The notes: generated by a model not told the origin, from the sequence alone. 32,000 nucleotides of DNA from Halorhodospira halophila SL1 (GCF_000015585.1 NC_008789.1:960001-992000), one strand, 5' to 3'; counted from the stretch's first letter, positions 24,450 to 32,000 are shown. Numbers and translations are program-made.

Positions 24450-25793
24450 GTGCAGGACAAGCATGTCGCAGTGGTCGGCGGAGGGATCGCCGGCGCCGGG
24501 GCCGCCTGGCTGCTCGCCGGCCGCCATCGGGTCACGCTGTTCGAGGCCGAGGACTACGTCGGTGGTCACACGTGCACCATCGACGCCCAGCTCAGCGACG
24601 GAACCCACCCGGTGGACACCGGTTTCATGGTCTTCAACCCGCGCAACTACCCCCATCTTTGCGCCCTGTTCGACCACCTGGGCATCGACGCCCAGGCCTC
24701 GGACATGTCCTTCGCCTGCGCCGACCGCGACGACGACCTGGAGTATAACGGCGAGAGCCTGCGCGGGCTCTTCGCTCAGCGCCGCAACCTGGTCCGCCCT
24801 GGCTTCCTGCGCATGGTCTACGACATCCTGCGCTTCAACCGGCGCGCCAAACGGGACCTGGCTGGCAGCCTGGACGACAGCCTGCCGTTGGGCGACTACC
24901 TGGACGCCGGCGGCTACGGCCCCGGCTTCCGCCGCCACTACCTGATGCCCATGGCGGCGGCGATCTGGTCGGCCTCGCCGAGCACCCTGCGCGCCTTCCC
25001 GGCGCGTCGGTTCCTGGCGTTCTTCCGCAACCACGGGTTGCTCGATCTGGCCAACCGGCCGCAGTGGCACACCGTCCCCGGCGGCGCGCGGCGCTACATC
25101 GACAAGATCCTGCCGGCGCTCCACGCGGTGCACACCAGCACACCGGTGCGCCGGGTCCAGCGCCTGGACGCGGGCGGCGTGCGCCTGAGCGGCGATCAGG
25201 GAGAACTGGGGGAATTCGACGAGGTGGTCCTGGCCGCCCACGCCGATCAGACCCTGGCCATGCTCGACGCCCCCACCGACGAGGAGGCACGGCTGCTCGG
25301 CCAGTGCCGCTTCCAGGACAACCTGGCCCTACTCCACACGGACCCGACGGCCATGCCGCGCCGGCGTCCGATCTGGGCCAGCTGGAACCACATCAGCGCC
25401 GCCGACGAGCACTCCCAGCGGCCGGTATCGGTCACCTACTGGCTCAACCGCCTGCAGCAGGTGCCCAGCGAGCAGAACGTCTTCGTCAGTCTCAACCCGG
25501 TGGACGCCATCGACGACGCCTACGTCCAGCGCCGGCTGTCCTTCACCCACCCGGTCCTCGACGGGTCCGCTGCCGAAGCCCAGGACGCCCTGCCAACGAT
25601 CCAGGGTCGCGACCGGCTGTGGTTCTGCGGCGCCTGGACCGGCTTCGGCTTCCACGAGGACGGCCTGCGTTCGGCGGTGCGTGTCGCCGAACAGCTCGGC
25701 TGCCCGCCGCCGTGGGGCGGCGCGCAGCAGACCGCCGAGGCCGAAGCCGACGCCGCCGCGCCTACCGGGCAACCCGTGGGAGAGCCGGCATGA
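24450..25793 (+). CDS. NAD/FAD-binding oxidoreductase, COG2907 / amine-oxidase-like (UfaD-like candidate)
   Basis: 447 aa. It has an N-terminal dinucleotide fold (VAVVGGGIAGAGAAWLL...LFEA.DYVGGH), FNPRNYP, and a C-terminal FCGAWTGFGFHEDG typical of this flavoprotein family. GTG start. Confidence 0.85.
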   Translation: MQDKHVAVVGGGIAGAGAAWLLAGRHRVTLFEAEDYVGGHTCTIDAQLSDGTHPVDTGFMVFNPRNYPHLCALFDHLGIDAQASDMSFACADRDDDLEYNGESLRGLFAQRRNLVRPGFLRMVYDILRFNRRAKRDLAGSLDDSLPLGDYLDAGGYGPGFRRHYLMPMAAAIWSASPSTLRAFPARRFLAFFRNHGLLDLANRPQWHTVPGGARRYIDKILPALHAVHTSTPVRRVQRLDAGGVRLSGDQGELGEFDEVVLAAHADQTLAMLDAPTDEEARLLGQCRFQDNLALLHTDPTAMPRRRPIWASWNHISAADEHSQRPVSVTYWLNRLQQVPSEQNVFVSLNPVDAIDDAYVQRRLSFTHPVLDGSAAEAQDALPTIQGRDRLWFCGAWTGFGFHEDGLRSAVRVAEQLGCPPPWGGAQQTAEAEADAAAPTGQPVGEPA

Positions 25794-26554
25794 TCGAGGC
25801 CCCTGCGCTCTACGTCGGCGGGGTCACCCACCGGCGCAGCATCGCTCCGAAGTACTTCTTCCGCTACCGCTACGCGGCGTTCCTGTTCGATGTGGACGAC
25901 CTGCCGGCGCTCGACGCCCGCAGCCGGTTGTTCGCCTACAACCGGCGCGGGCTGATCAGCCTCCACGACCAAGACTACGGCCCCCGGGACGGCACACCGC
26001 TGCGCCCGTGGATCGACTCGGTACTGGCCGAACGCGGCCTGGACACCGCGGATGGCCGCGTGCTGCTGCTGACCGTACCGCGGGTGCTGAACCACGCCTT
26101 CAATCCGCTGTCGGTGTGGTTCTGCCTGGACCGGGATGAGCAGCCCCGCGCCGTCCTCTGCGAGGTGCACAACACCTTTGGCGAGGTCTACGGCTACCTG
26201 CTCCACCAGGACGGGGCGCCCATGCCGTTCCCCATCCGCAGCCAGGCCACCAAGGTATTCCATGTCTCGCCGTTCCTGCCCGTGGACGGCGAATACCGCT
26301 TCCGCCTGTCGGCACTGACCGAGTCACTGGCGGTGGCGATCGGCTACCATGGCGAAGAGGGGCGGCGCCTGTCGGCGGTGCAGACCGGCGAGCGCCGGCC
26401 GCTCACCGACGGCCAGCTGCTGCGCATCCTCGGCCGGCTGCCGCCGCCCGGGCTCCGCGCCCTGGTCGGCATCCACTGGCAGGCGCTGAAGATCTACCTG
26501 CGCGGGGGCCGATTCCACAGCAAACCCGAACCACCCAAGGAGCTCGTGGGATGA
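25790..26554 (+). CDS. DUF1365 family protein (UfaO-like candidate)
   Basis: The true start, ATG 25790, forms an ATGA overlap with the upstream stop, giving 254 aa: YVGGVTHRR....FRYRYAAFLFDVDDL, ISLHDQDYG, VLNHAFNPLSVWFC, KVFHVSPF. The 496-aa track ORF is a frame-coincident over-extension. Confidence 0.8.
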   Translation: MIEAPALYVGGVTHRRSIAPKYFFRYRYAAFLFDVDDLPALDARSRLFAYNRRGLISLHDQDYGPRDGTPLRPWIDSVLAERGLDTADGRVLLLTVPRVLNHAFNPLSVWFCLDRDEQPRAVLCEVHNTFGEVYGYLLHQDGAPMPFPIRSQATKVFHVSPFLPVDGEYRFRLSALTESLAVAIGYHGEEGRRLSAVQTGERRPLTDGQLLRILGRLPPPGLRALVGIHWQALKIYLRGGRFHSKPEPPKELVG

Positions 26555-27774
26555 CGCAGATCAGCGAGACCGGATCTGCCCACACACAAGCCGGAGTCCC
26601 GCTGGCAGCGCGGCCGCTGATCCGCTGGCTGGCGCGCTTTCGCACCGGCACCCTGCGGCTGCATCTGCCCGATGGCCGCTCGCTGATGTTCGGCGGCGAG
26701 GTCGACGGCCCGGCCGCCGAGATGACCCTGCACCGGCCGACCCGGCTGGTGGGGCGGGTGCTGCACCGGGGCGACATCGGCTTCGCCGAGAGCTTCATGG
26801 CCGGGGAGTGGGACACCCCGGCGCTGGCGCCGTTGATCCAGGTCATGGCCAGCAACGAGCACGCCTACAACGCCACCCCCGCGGGGCGGTGGTACACCCG
26901 CGCCCTGCTCGGGCTGCTCCATCGGCTGCGCGCCAACACGCTGCGCGGCAGCCGGCGCAACATCGCCTACCACTACGATCTGGGCAACGACTTCTACCGG
27001 CTGTGGCTGGACGAGACCATGACCTACTCCTCGGCGCTATTCGCCGAGCCCGACCAGCCGCTGGCCGAGGCACAGCGCAATAAGTATCTGCGCACTCTCG
27101 AAGAGCTGGGCGCCCAGCCCGGCGACCGGGTTCTCGAGATCGGCTGCGGCTGGGGCGGCTTCGCCCGTGAGGCGGCCCAGGCCGGGGTGGCCGTGACCGG
27201 GCTGACCCTCTCCCGCGAGCAGTTGGCCTGGGGGCAAGCGGCGCTGGCCGAGGCGGGGCTGGACGGCCAGGCCACCCTGCGCCTCCAGGACTACCGGGAG
27301 GTCTCCGGCGAGTTCGACCACATCGTCTCCATCGAGATGTTCGAGGCCGTCGGCCAGGAGCATTGGCCGGCCTTCTTCAAGACCGTTCACCGCTGCCTGC
27401 GTCCCGGGGGGCGGGCCCTGCTGCAGATCATCACCATCGACGAGGCGGCCTGGCCGGTCTATACCGGCGGCCCGGACTTCATCCAGCGCTACATCTTCCC
27501 CGGCGGCATGCTGCCCACCGAGGGCCACGTGCGCGACGGGCTGGCCGCCGCCGGCCTGCACTGTGAGGCGGTGACCAGCCACGCCGAGGAGTACGCCGCC
27601 ACCCTGCTCGCCTGGCACGAGAACTTCCTGGCCTGCCGCGAGCAGGTACGGGCCCAAGGCTTCGACGAGCGCTTCCAGCGCATGTGGCGCTACTACCTGG
27701 GCTACTGTGAGGGTGGCTTCCGCTGCGGACGCATCGATCTCCAGCGCTTCCGGGTCCAGCGCCCGCATGGCTGA
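26551..27774 (+). CDS. Cyclopropane-fatty-acyl-phospholipid synthase family SAM-dependent methyltransferase
   Basis: 407 aa: HYDLGNDFYRLWLD.TMTYSSA, VLEIGCGWGG (SAM motif I), SIEMFEAVG, FIQRYIFPGG, YYLGYCEGGF. ATGA overlap with the DUF1365 stop. Confidence 0.9.
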   Translation: MTQISETGSAHTQAGVPLAARPLIRWLARFRTGTLRLHLPDGRSLMFGGEVDGPAAEMTLHRPTRLVGRVLHRGDIGFAESFMAGEWDTPALAPLIQVMASNEHAYNATPAGRWYTRALLGLLHRLRANTLRGSRRNIAYHYDLGNDFYRLWLDETMTYSSALFAEPDQPLAEAQRNKYLRTLEELGAQPGDRVLEIGCGWGGFAREAAQAGVAVTGLTLSREQLAWGQAALAEAGLDGQATLRLQDYREVSGEFDHIVSIEMFEAVGQEHWPAFFKTVHRCLRPGGRALLQIITIDEAAWPVYTGGPDFIQRYIFPGGMLPTEGHVRDGLAAAGLHCEAVTSHAEEYAATLLAWHENFLACREQVRAQGFDERFQRMWRYYLGYCEGGFRCGRIDLQRFRVQRPHG

Positions 27775-28663
27775 CGATACGCCGGTCTACCCCATCCGCA
27801 CCGTGGCGGAACTCACCGGCGTGAACCCGGTGACCCTGCGCGCCTGGGAACGACGCTACGGTCTGATCCGGCCCCAGCGCACCGCCAAGGGGCACCGCCT
27901 CTACTCGGAGAACGACATCGCGCGGATCCGGCGGATTGTCGAGCTCCTCGATCGCGGGGTACTGATCAGCCGGGCCCGTGAGGCGCTGACCGCTGAGGAG
28001 AGCGGCGAGGAACTCGCCGCCGGCGAGGCCCCCTGGCCGGCCTGGCGCAGCCACTTGGGTCGGGCACTGGCGCACTTCGAGCCCACCGCCCTGGACGGTG
28101 CGCTGAGCGAGCTACTCAGCCTCTATCCAGTGGATCGGGCGGCGAGCCACGTGCTGCTCCCGGTCCTCAAGGCGCGCCTGACCGGGGACGCCGAGGCGGT
28201 GGCCGAAGGACACTTGTTGGCCACCTACCTGCGCGGTCGCCTGGGGCACCTGGTCAACCGCACCCCGGCGCGGGGCACCGGGGTGCGCATCCTGCTGGCC
28301 GCGCCGCCGCAGTCCGAGTCCTCCCCCGGGATCACCGGCGTGGCCCTGTGCATCCTCGCCCTGACCGCCCTGAACCGGGGGCACCGGCCGGTGCTGCTGG
28401 GAGAGGCGGTGCCCTCGCCGGCCATCGCCGCCGGGGTCCGCCGCGCGGCGGCGGACCACCTGCTGATCTACGGCGACGCCCACCCGGGGGCAGCCTGGGG
28501 ACAAGCAGTCGCCGAACTCACTGCCGCCTGGCCGGGGCAGACGGCGGTCACCGGTCCGGCCGCCGAGCAGCCCGACGGCCTGCCGCCGGAGGTCCGGGTT
28601 CTGGTCGGCGAGCCCCACCAGGCCATCGACCGCCTCTGCCACCCACCACCATCAGGAGCCTGA
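27767..28663 (+). CDS. MerR-family transcriptional regulator with a CarH/LitR-like C-terminal module lacking the canonical B12 His ligand
   Basis: ATG 27767 overlaps the cfa-like stop (ATGGCTGA), giving 298 aa. The N-terminal MerR wHTH is YPIRTVAELTGVNPVTLRAWERRYGLIRPQRTAKGHRLYS. The C-terminal helical bundle plus Rossmann-like segment is VRILLAAPPQSESSPGITGVALCILAL..GHRPVLLGEAVP. See findings. Confidence 0.8.
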   Translation: MADDTPVYPIRTVAELTGVNPVTLRAWERRYGLIRPQRTAKGHRLYSENDIARIRRIVELLDRGVLISRAREALTAEESGEELAAGEAPWPAWRSHLGRALAHFEPTALDGALSELLSLYPVDRAASHVLLPVLKARLTGDAEAVAEGHLLATYLRGRLGHLVNRTPARGTGVRILLAAPPQSESSPGITGVALCILALTALNRGHRPVLLGEAVPSPAIAAGVRRAAADHLLIYGDAHPGAAWGQAVAELTAAWPGQTAVTGPAAEQPDGLPPEVRVLVGEPHQAIDRLCHPPPSGA

Positions 28664-28668
28664 CCCCG

Positions 28669-30102
28669 TTGACCAACGCCCTCGTCTGGCTGCGCCGGGA
28701 CCTGCGCCTGGCCGATCAGCCGGCCCTGGCCCGCGCCGCACAAACCGCGGAGCGCCTGGCCCCGGTCTACATCCACGCCCCCGCAGAGACCCGACCGACC
28801 GTAGGCGCCGCCAGTTGCTGGTGGTTGCACCACAGCCTGGCGGCACTGGACGCCGAGCTGGCCTCGGCCGGCAGTCGACTCTGCCTGGACACCGGCCCCA
28901 GCGCCGAGCGCCTATGCCACTGGGCGCAGGTCAGCGACGCCGCGGTGGTCTACTGCACCGCCATCGCCGAGCCGTGGGCGCGGCAACAGGAGGCCGCCGT
29001 GGCCGAGGCCCTGGCCGCGATCGGCGTCCGCCTGGAGGTCCTCGCCGACGGCCTGCTCACCGATCCTAGCGCCGTACGCAACCGCAGCGGCACCCCGTAC
29101 CGCGCCTTCACGCCCTTCTGGCGCAGCGTGCGGGCGCAGCTGGATCCGCCCCGCCCCGCGCCGCCGCCGGCGTTGCCTGGCCTGCCGGAGGCCATCCCGG
29201 AGCCGCAGCCGCTGGAGACGCTGGGGCTGCTGCCGCGCATCCGCTGGGACGAGAAGCTGGCCCCCTGCTGGCAGCCCGGCGCCGCCGGGGCCCAGCAGCG
29301 CCTGGAGCGGTTCCTGGATGGGGCGGGGCCGGCCTACGGCGAACGGCGCGACTTCCCGGCGCAACCGGGGACCTCACGGCTGTCGCCCCACCTGCACTTC
29401 GGCGAGATCAGCATCCGCGCCGTCTGGCACGCGGTGCGCGACGCCCAGCAGATGCAGCCGGCGGCGGCTGACGCCCTGGACACCTTCCTCGCCGAGCTGG
29501 GCTGGCGGGAGTTCGCCTACCACCTGCTGTGGCAGCAGCCGGAACTCCACCGCACGCCCATCGACGAGCGCTTCAGCCGCTTCCCCTGGCGCGAGGACCC
29601 CGACGGCGCCCTGCTCGACGCCTGGCGCCGCGGCGCCACCGGCATCCCGCTGGTGGATGCGGGCATGCGCGAGCTGTGGGCCACCGGCTGGATGCATAAT
29701 CGGGTGCGCATGGTGGTCGGCTCGTTCCTGGTCAAGAACCTGCGCCTGCCCTGGCAGCACGGTGAGGCGCACTTCCGCGATACTCTGGTGGACTGGGACC
29801 TGGCCAGCAACAGCATGGGCTGGCAGTGGGTGAGCGGCTGCGGGGCGGACGCCGCCCCCTACTTCCGCATCTTCAACCCGGTGCGCCAGGGCGAGCGCTT
29901 CGACCCCGACGGCGACTACGTCCGCCACTGGGTCCCGGAGGTGGCCGGCCTGCCCAAGAGCCACATCCACCAACCCTGGGCGGCGCCCGCCGACGCGCGG
30001 GCCCGCTGCGGCTTGCACCTGGGGCGGGACTATCCGGAGCCCCTGGTCGATCTGGCCACCAGCCGCAAGGAGGCGCTGGCAGCATTCCATGCCCTCGGTT
30101 AG
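28669..30102 (+). CDS. phrB: Deoxyribodipyrimidine photo-lyase (class I CPD photolyase type)
   Basis: TTG start at 28669 (AGGAG 10 nt upstream) gives MTNALVWLRRDLRLADQPAL, 477 aa. FAD-domain motifs are TSRLSPHLHFGEIS, GWREF, TGIPLVDAGMREL..TGWMHNR.RM, and NSMGWQWVSGCGADAAPYFRIFNP. The 584-aa track ORF over-extends into the merR gene. Confidence 0.9.
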   Translation: MTNALVWLRRDLRLADQPALARAAQTAERLAPVYIHAPAETRPTVGAASCWWLHHSLAALDAELASAGSRLCLDTGPSAERLCHWAQVSDAAVVYCTAIAEPWARQQEAAVAEALAAIGVRLEVLADGLLTDPSAVRNRSGTPYRAFTPFWRSVRAQLDPPRPAPPPALPGLPEAIPEPQPLETLGLLPRIRWDEKLAPCWQPGAAGAQQRLERFLDGAGPAYGERRDFPAQPGTSRLSPHLHFGEISIRAVWHAVRDAQQMQPAAADALDTFLAELGWREFAYHLLWQQPELHRTPIDERFSRFPWREDPDGALLDAWRRGATGIPLVDAGMRELWATGWMHNRVRMVVGSFLVKNLRLPWQHGEAHFRDTLVDWDLASNSMGWQWVSGCGADAAPYFRIFNPVRQGERFDPDGDYVRHWVPEVAGLPKSHIHQPWAAPADARARCGLHLGRDYPEPLVDLATSRKEALAAFHALG

Positions 30103-30112
30103 GGTAGGGCGC

Positions 30113-31000
30113 ATGACAGCCAGTACTCCCGTTGCCCAGACGCACATCCAGAGCCTGCCGCTGCTGCACAGCGGCAAGGTCCGTGATATCTACGCCGTCG
30201 ATGATGAGCGACTGCTGATCGTGGCCACCGATCGGCTCTCCGCCTTCGACGTGATCCTGCCGGACCCGATCCCCGACAAGGGGGCGGTGCTCACGCGGGT
30301 CTCGAACTTCTGGTTCCGCAAGACCGCCCACCTGGCCGCCAACCACCTCCTCGACACCCCGCCGGAGTCGGTGGTGGCACCGGAGGAGGCCGATCAGGTG
30401 CGCGACCGGGGTGTGGTGGTCCGCCGCCTGCAGGCCCTGCCGGTGGAGGCCATCGTGCGTGGCTACCTGGCCGGTTCCGGGTGGCAGTCGTACCAGCGCG
30501 ACGGTACCGTCTCCGGGGTGGCGCTGCCCGACGGCCTGCGCCAGTCGGATCGACTGCCCGAGCCGATCTTCACGCCGACCACGAAGGCCGCGGTCGGCGA
30601 CCACGACGAGCCGATCTCCTTCGCGCAGACCGTCGAACGCATCGGCGCCGACCTGGCCGAGCGGATCCGCACCATCGCCCTGGAGGTCTTCGCCCTGGCC
30701 ACCGAGTATGCGGAGTCCCGCGGCCTGATCATCGCCGACACCAAGCTGGAGTTCGGTGTCACGCCCGAGGGCGAGCCGGTGATCATCGATGAGCTGCTGA
30801 CCCCGGACTCGTCCCGCTTCTGGCCGGCCGACGCCTGGCAGCCCGGTGCCACGCCGCCGGCGTTCGACAAGCAGTACATCCGCGACCACCTGGAGGCGCT
30901 GGGCTGGGACAAGCGCCCGCCGGCGCCCCACCTGACCGACGACGTGATCCGCCAGACCGCTGAGAAGTACCGCGAGGCCGAGCGGCTGCTGACGCGCTAG
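30113..31000 (+). CDS. purC: Phosphoribosylaminoimidazole-succinocarboxamide synthase (long form)
   Basis: ATG 30113, 295 aa: LLHSGKVRDIY, LLIVATDRLSAFD, DKG..LT..S.FWF, RGYL.GS.W, IIADTKLEFG, DE.LTPDSSRFW. Confidence 0.95.
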   Translation: MTASTPVAQTHIQSLPLLHSGKVRDIYAVDDERLLIVATDRLSAFDVILPDPIPDKGAVLTRVSNFWFRKTAHLAANHLLDTPPESVVAPEEADQVRDRGVVVRRLQALPVEAIVRGYLAGSGWQSYQRDGTVSGVALPDGLRQSDRLPEPIFTPTTKAAVGDHDEPISFAQTVERIGADLAERIRTIALEVFALATEYAESRGLIIADTKLEFGVTPEGEPVIIDELLTPDSSRFWPADAWQPGATPPAFDKQYIRDHLEALGWDKRPPAPHLTDDVIRQTAEKYREAERLLTR

Positions 31001-31077
31001 GCGCCCCCGCCGGCGCTCGCGCAGCACCCCCGGACCGCCCGCGGACCTGCAGCGATGGAACGACCCACGGGGCCGAA

Positions 31078-31117
31078 TTGATTATGCACAATACAGACGT
31101 CGCGAATGTGGTAGAGT
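31078..31117 (+). promoter_or_regulatory. Candidate promoter of the fnr-like gene: FNR-box-like TTGAT-N4-CACAA plus extended -10
   Basis: TTGATtatgCACAA (31078-31091) matches TTGAT-N4-ATCAA at 8 of 10 positions. TGgTAGAGT (31109-31117) is an extended -10. The box centre lies roughly 40 nt upstream of the predicted start site, which is class II spacing. This is the only AT-enriched patch in the purC-fnr gap. Confidence 0.3.
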
Positions 31118-31155
31118 CCCCCCGTCAGGGCATCAACCCCGCGGAGTGGATTCCC

Positions 31156-31848
31156 ATGGAACCAAGCGACTGCGAGAACTGCGCCATCCGCTCCGTCGCC
31201 CTGTTCGGCGAGATCGACCCACAGACGGTTGCGCAACTTCAGGATCAGGCGCGGGAGTTTCGCGAGCCGGCCGGTACAGTGCTCTACGAGGAGGGCAGCA
31301 ACGCCGACTCGGCCTTCACCCTGCGCGAGGGCATCATCAAGCTGGTGCGCAACCAGCCCGGGGGGCGCGAGCAGATCGTCCGGCTGCTGGTCGGCGGCGA
31401 TTTCTTCGGCGCCGAGGGGCTGTTCGGCGACGGCCATCACCACAGCGCCATCGCCCTCACCCCGGTCTTCCTCTGCCGGCTGCCGAACACCCTGATGGAG
31501 CAGCTGCGCACCGCCGACCCGACCTTCACCAACGCCCTGCTCAACCGCTGGCGGCGGGCCCTCAACGAGGTCGAGACCCTGGCCCTGGACCTGGGCGCAC
31601 GCAAGGCCGAGGAGCGCGTGGCCTCCTTCCTGCTCCACTGGCAGACCAAGCACGGGCGCCAGGCCGAGTGGCTCCCGCTGCCGCTGTCCCGCAGCGAGCT
31701 CGGCGATCTGCTGGGCCTGCGCGTCGAGACGGTGAGCCGGGTGATGGCGCGCTGGAAGCGCGAACGGGTGTTCGAGGAGCGCAGTGGCCACGTGCGCCTG
31801 CTGGCCACGGACGAACTCCATCAACTGGTCGACAACGCCGGCACCTAG
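31156..31848 (+). CDS. Crp/Fnr family transcriptional regulator, FNR-like
   Basis: The start is preferred at ATG 31156 (GGAG 9 nt upstream), giving 230 aa; ATG 31084 and TTG 31078 are alternatives. It is colinear with E. coli FNR by eye: an N-terminal CENC cluster, HHHSAIALTPVFLCRLP (compare HHPSFAQALETSMVCEIP), AEERVASFLL, and the recognition helix RVETVSRVM (E--SR motif). Confidence 0.85.
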   Translation: MEPSDCENCAIRSVALFGEIDPQTVAQLQDQAREFREPAGTVLYEEGSNADSAFTLREGIIKLVRNQPGGREQIVRLLVGGDFFGAEGLFGDGHHHSAIALTPVFLCRLPNTLMEQLRTADPTFTNALLNRWRRALNEVETLALDLGARKAEERVASFLLHWQTKHGRQAEWLPLPLSRSELGDLLGLRVETVSRVMARWKRERVFEERSGHVRLLATDELHQLVDNAGT

Positions 31849-31854
31849 CCCCTT

Positions 31855-31874
31855 GGGCGGCAACCCTGCCGCCC
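31855..31874 (+). terminator. Hairpin 6 nt after the fnr-like stop
   Basis: gggcggca (31855-31862), accc loop, tgccgccc (31867-31874): a perfect 8-bp stem. The downstream U-tract is weak or absent. Confidence 0.45.
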
Positions 31875-31905
31875 TCGGCAAGCTTCCACGGACGCCATAA
31901 CGAAA

Positions 31906-31938
31906 GCCGCCCCACCCGGTGACACCGGATGGGGCGGC
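31906..31938. terminator. Second GC-rich hairpin between the fnr-like gene and a probable convergent gene at the window edge
   Basis: gccgcccca (31906-31914) pairs with tggggcggc (31930-31938). The inner ccggtg/caccgg pairing extends the stem. Confidence 0.4.
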
Positions 31939-32000
31939 CGTCACGCCGTGGGCGCGAACCGATGCGCGTCAGGCGCGCATCAGCGCCACGGTGGTGTCGA

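Noticed and set aside
31970-32000. A possible 3' end of a minus-strand gene (...DTTVALMRA-stop, TGA complement at 31970-31972) at the window edge
   Set aside because: Only 10 codons are visible, so the product cannot be assessed. It is mentioned only because the hairpin at 31906-31938 fits a convergent terminator.
1-32000. CRISPR arrays, tandem repeats, IS/transposase or integrase genes, rRNA/tRNA genes, or compositional islands
   Set aside because: I saw no direct-repeat/spacer periodicity, no recombinase-like ORFs and no tRNA-sized structured gaps. GC richness and codon bias look uniform by eye across the window. The few AT-richer patches coincide with promoter regions.

Overview
This is a very GC-rich, densely packed chromosomal segment; third codon positions are almost all G/C. 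Gene content and order look gammaproteobacterial: ptsP-rppH, miaB-ybeZ-ybeY-corC-lnt, and glyA-nrdR-ribD-ribE-ribB(X)-ribH-nusB-thiL-pgpA. Acidic protein tails hint at a halophile, but that is inference only. I support 36 CDS, one truncated by the window edge and one 50-codon ORF absent from the ORF track. I also call a few hairpin terminators, candidate promoters/operators and one large palindromic repeat. I saw no rRNA, tRNA, CRISPR array, transposase/IS or phage genes. Most of the window (nt 1-18500) is ordinary housekeeping DNA. Many long ORFs in the track are antisense shadow ORFs or 5'-over-extended versions of the real genes. I found no convincing evidence for a wholly new multi-gene system. 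The best candidates for a second look are: (1) A translationally coupled + strand operon (24450-31000) joins a COG2907-type flavoprotein, DUF1365, a CFA-synthase-like methyltransferase, a LitR/CarH-like MerR regulator lacking the B12 His ligand, a photolyase and purC. It may be a light-controlled modified (furan?) fatty-acid plus photorepair module. (2) The 466-bp non-coding glyA/hemolysin-III divergent region is dominated by a ~263-bp imperfect palindrome with nested perfect hairpins. (3) An unlisted 50-aa two-TM ORF sits tight between gloA and a convergent M20 peptidase gene. (4) An FNR-like regulator has an incomplete Cys ligand set and a possible FNR box of its own. (5) ribBX carries a degenerate GTP-cyclohydrolase-II domain. 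Family assignments were made by eye from motifs, not by database search.
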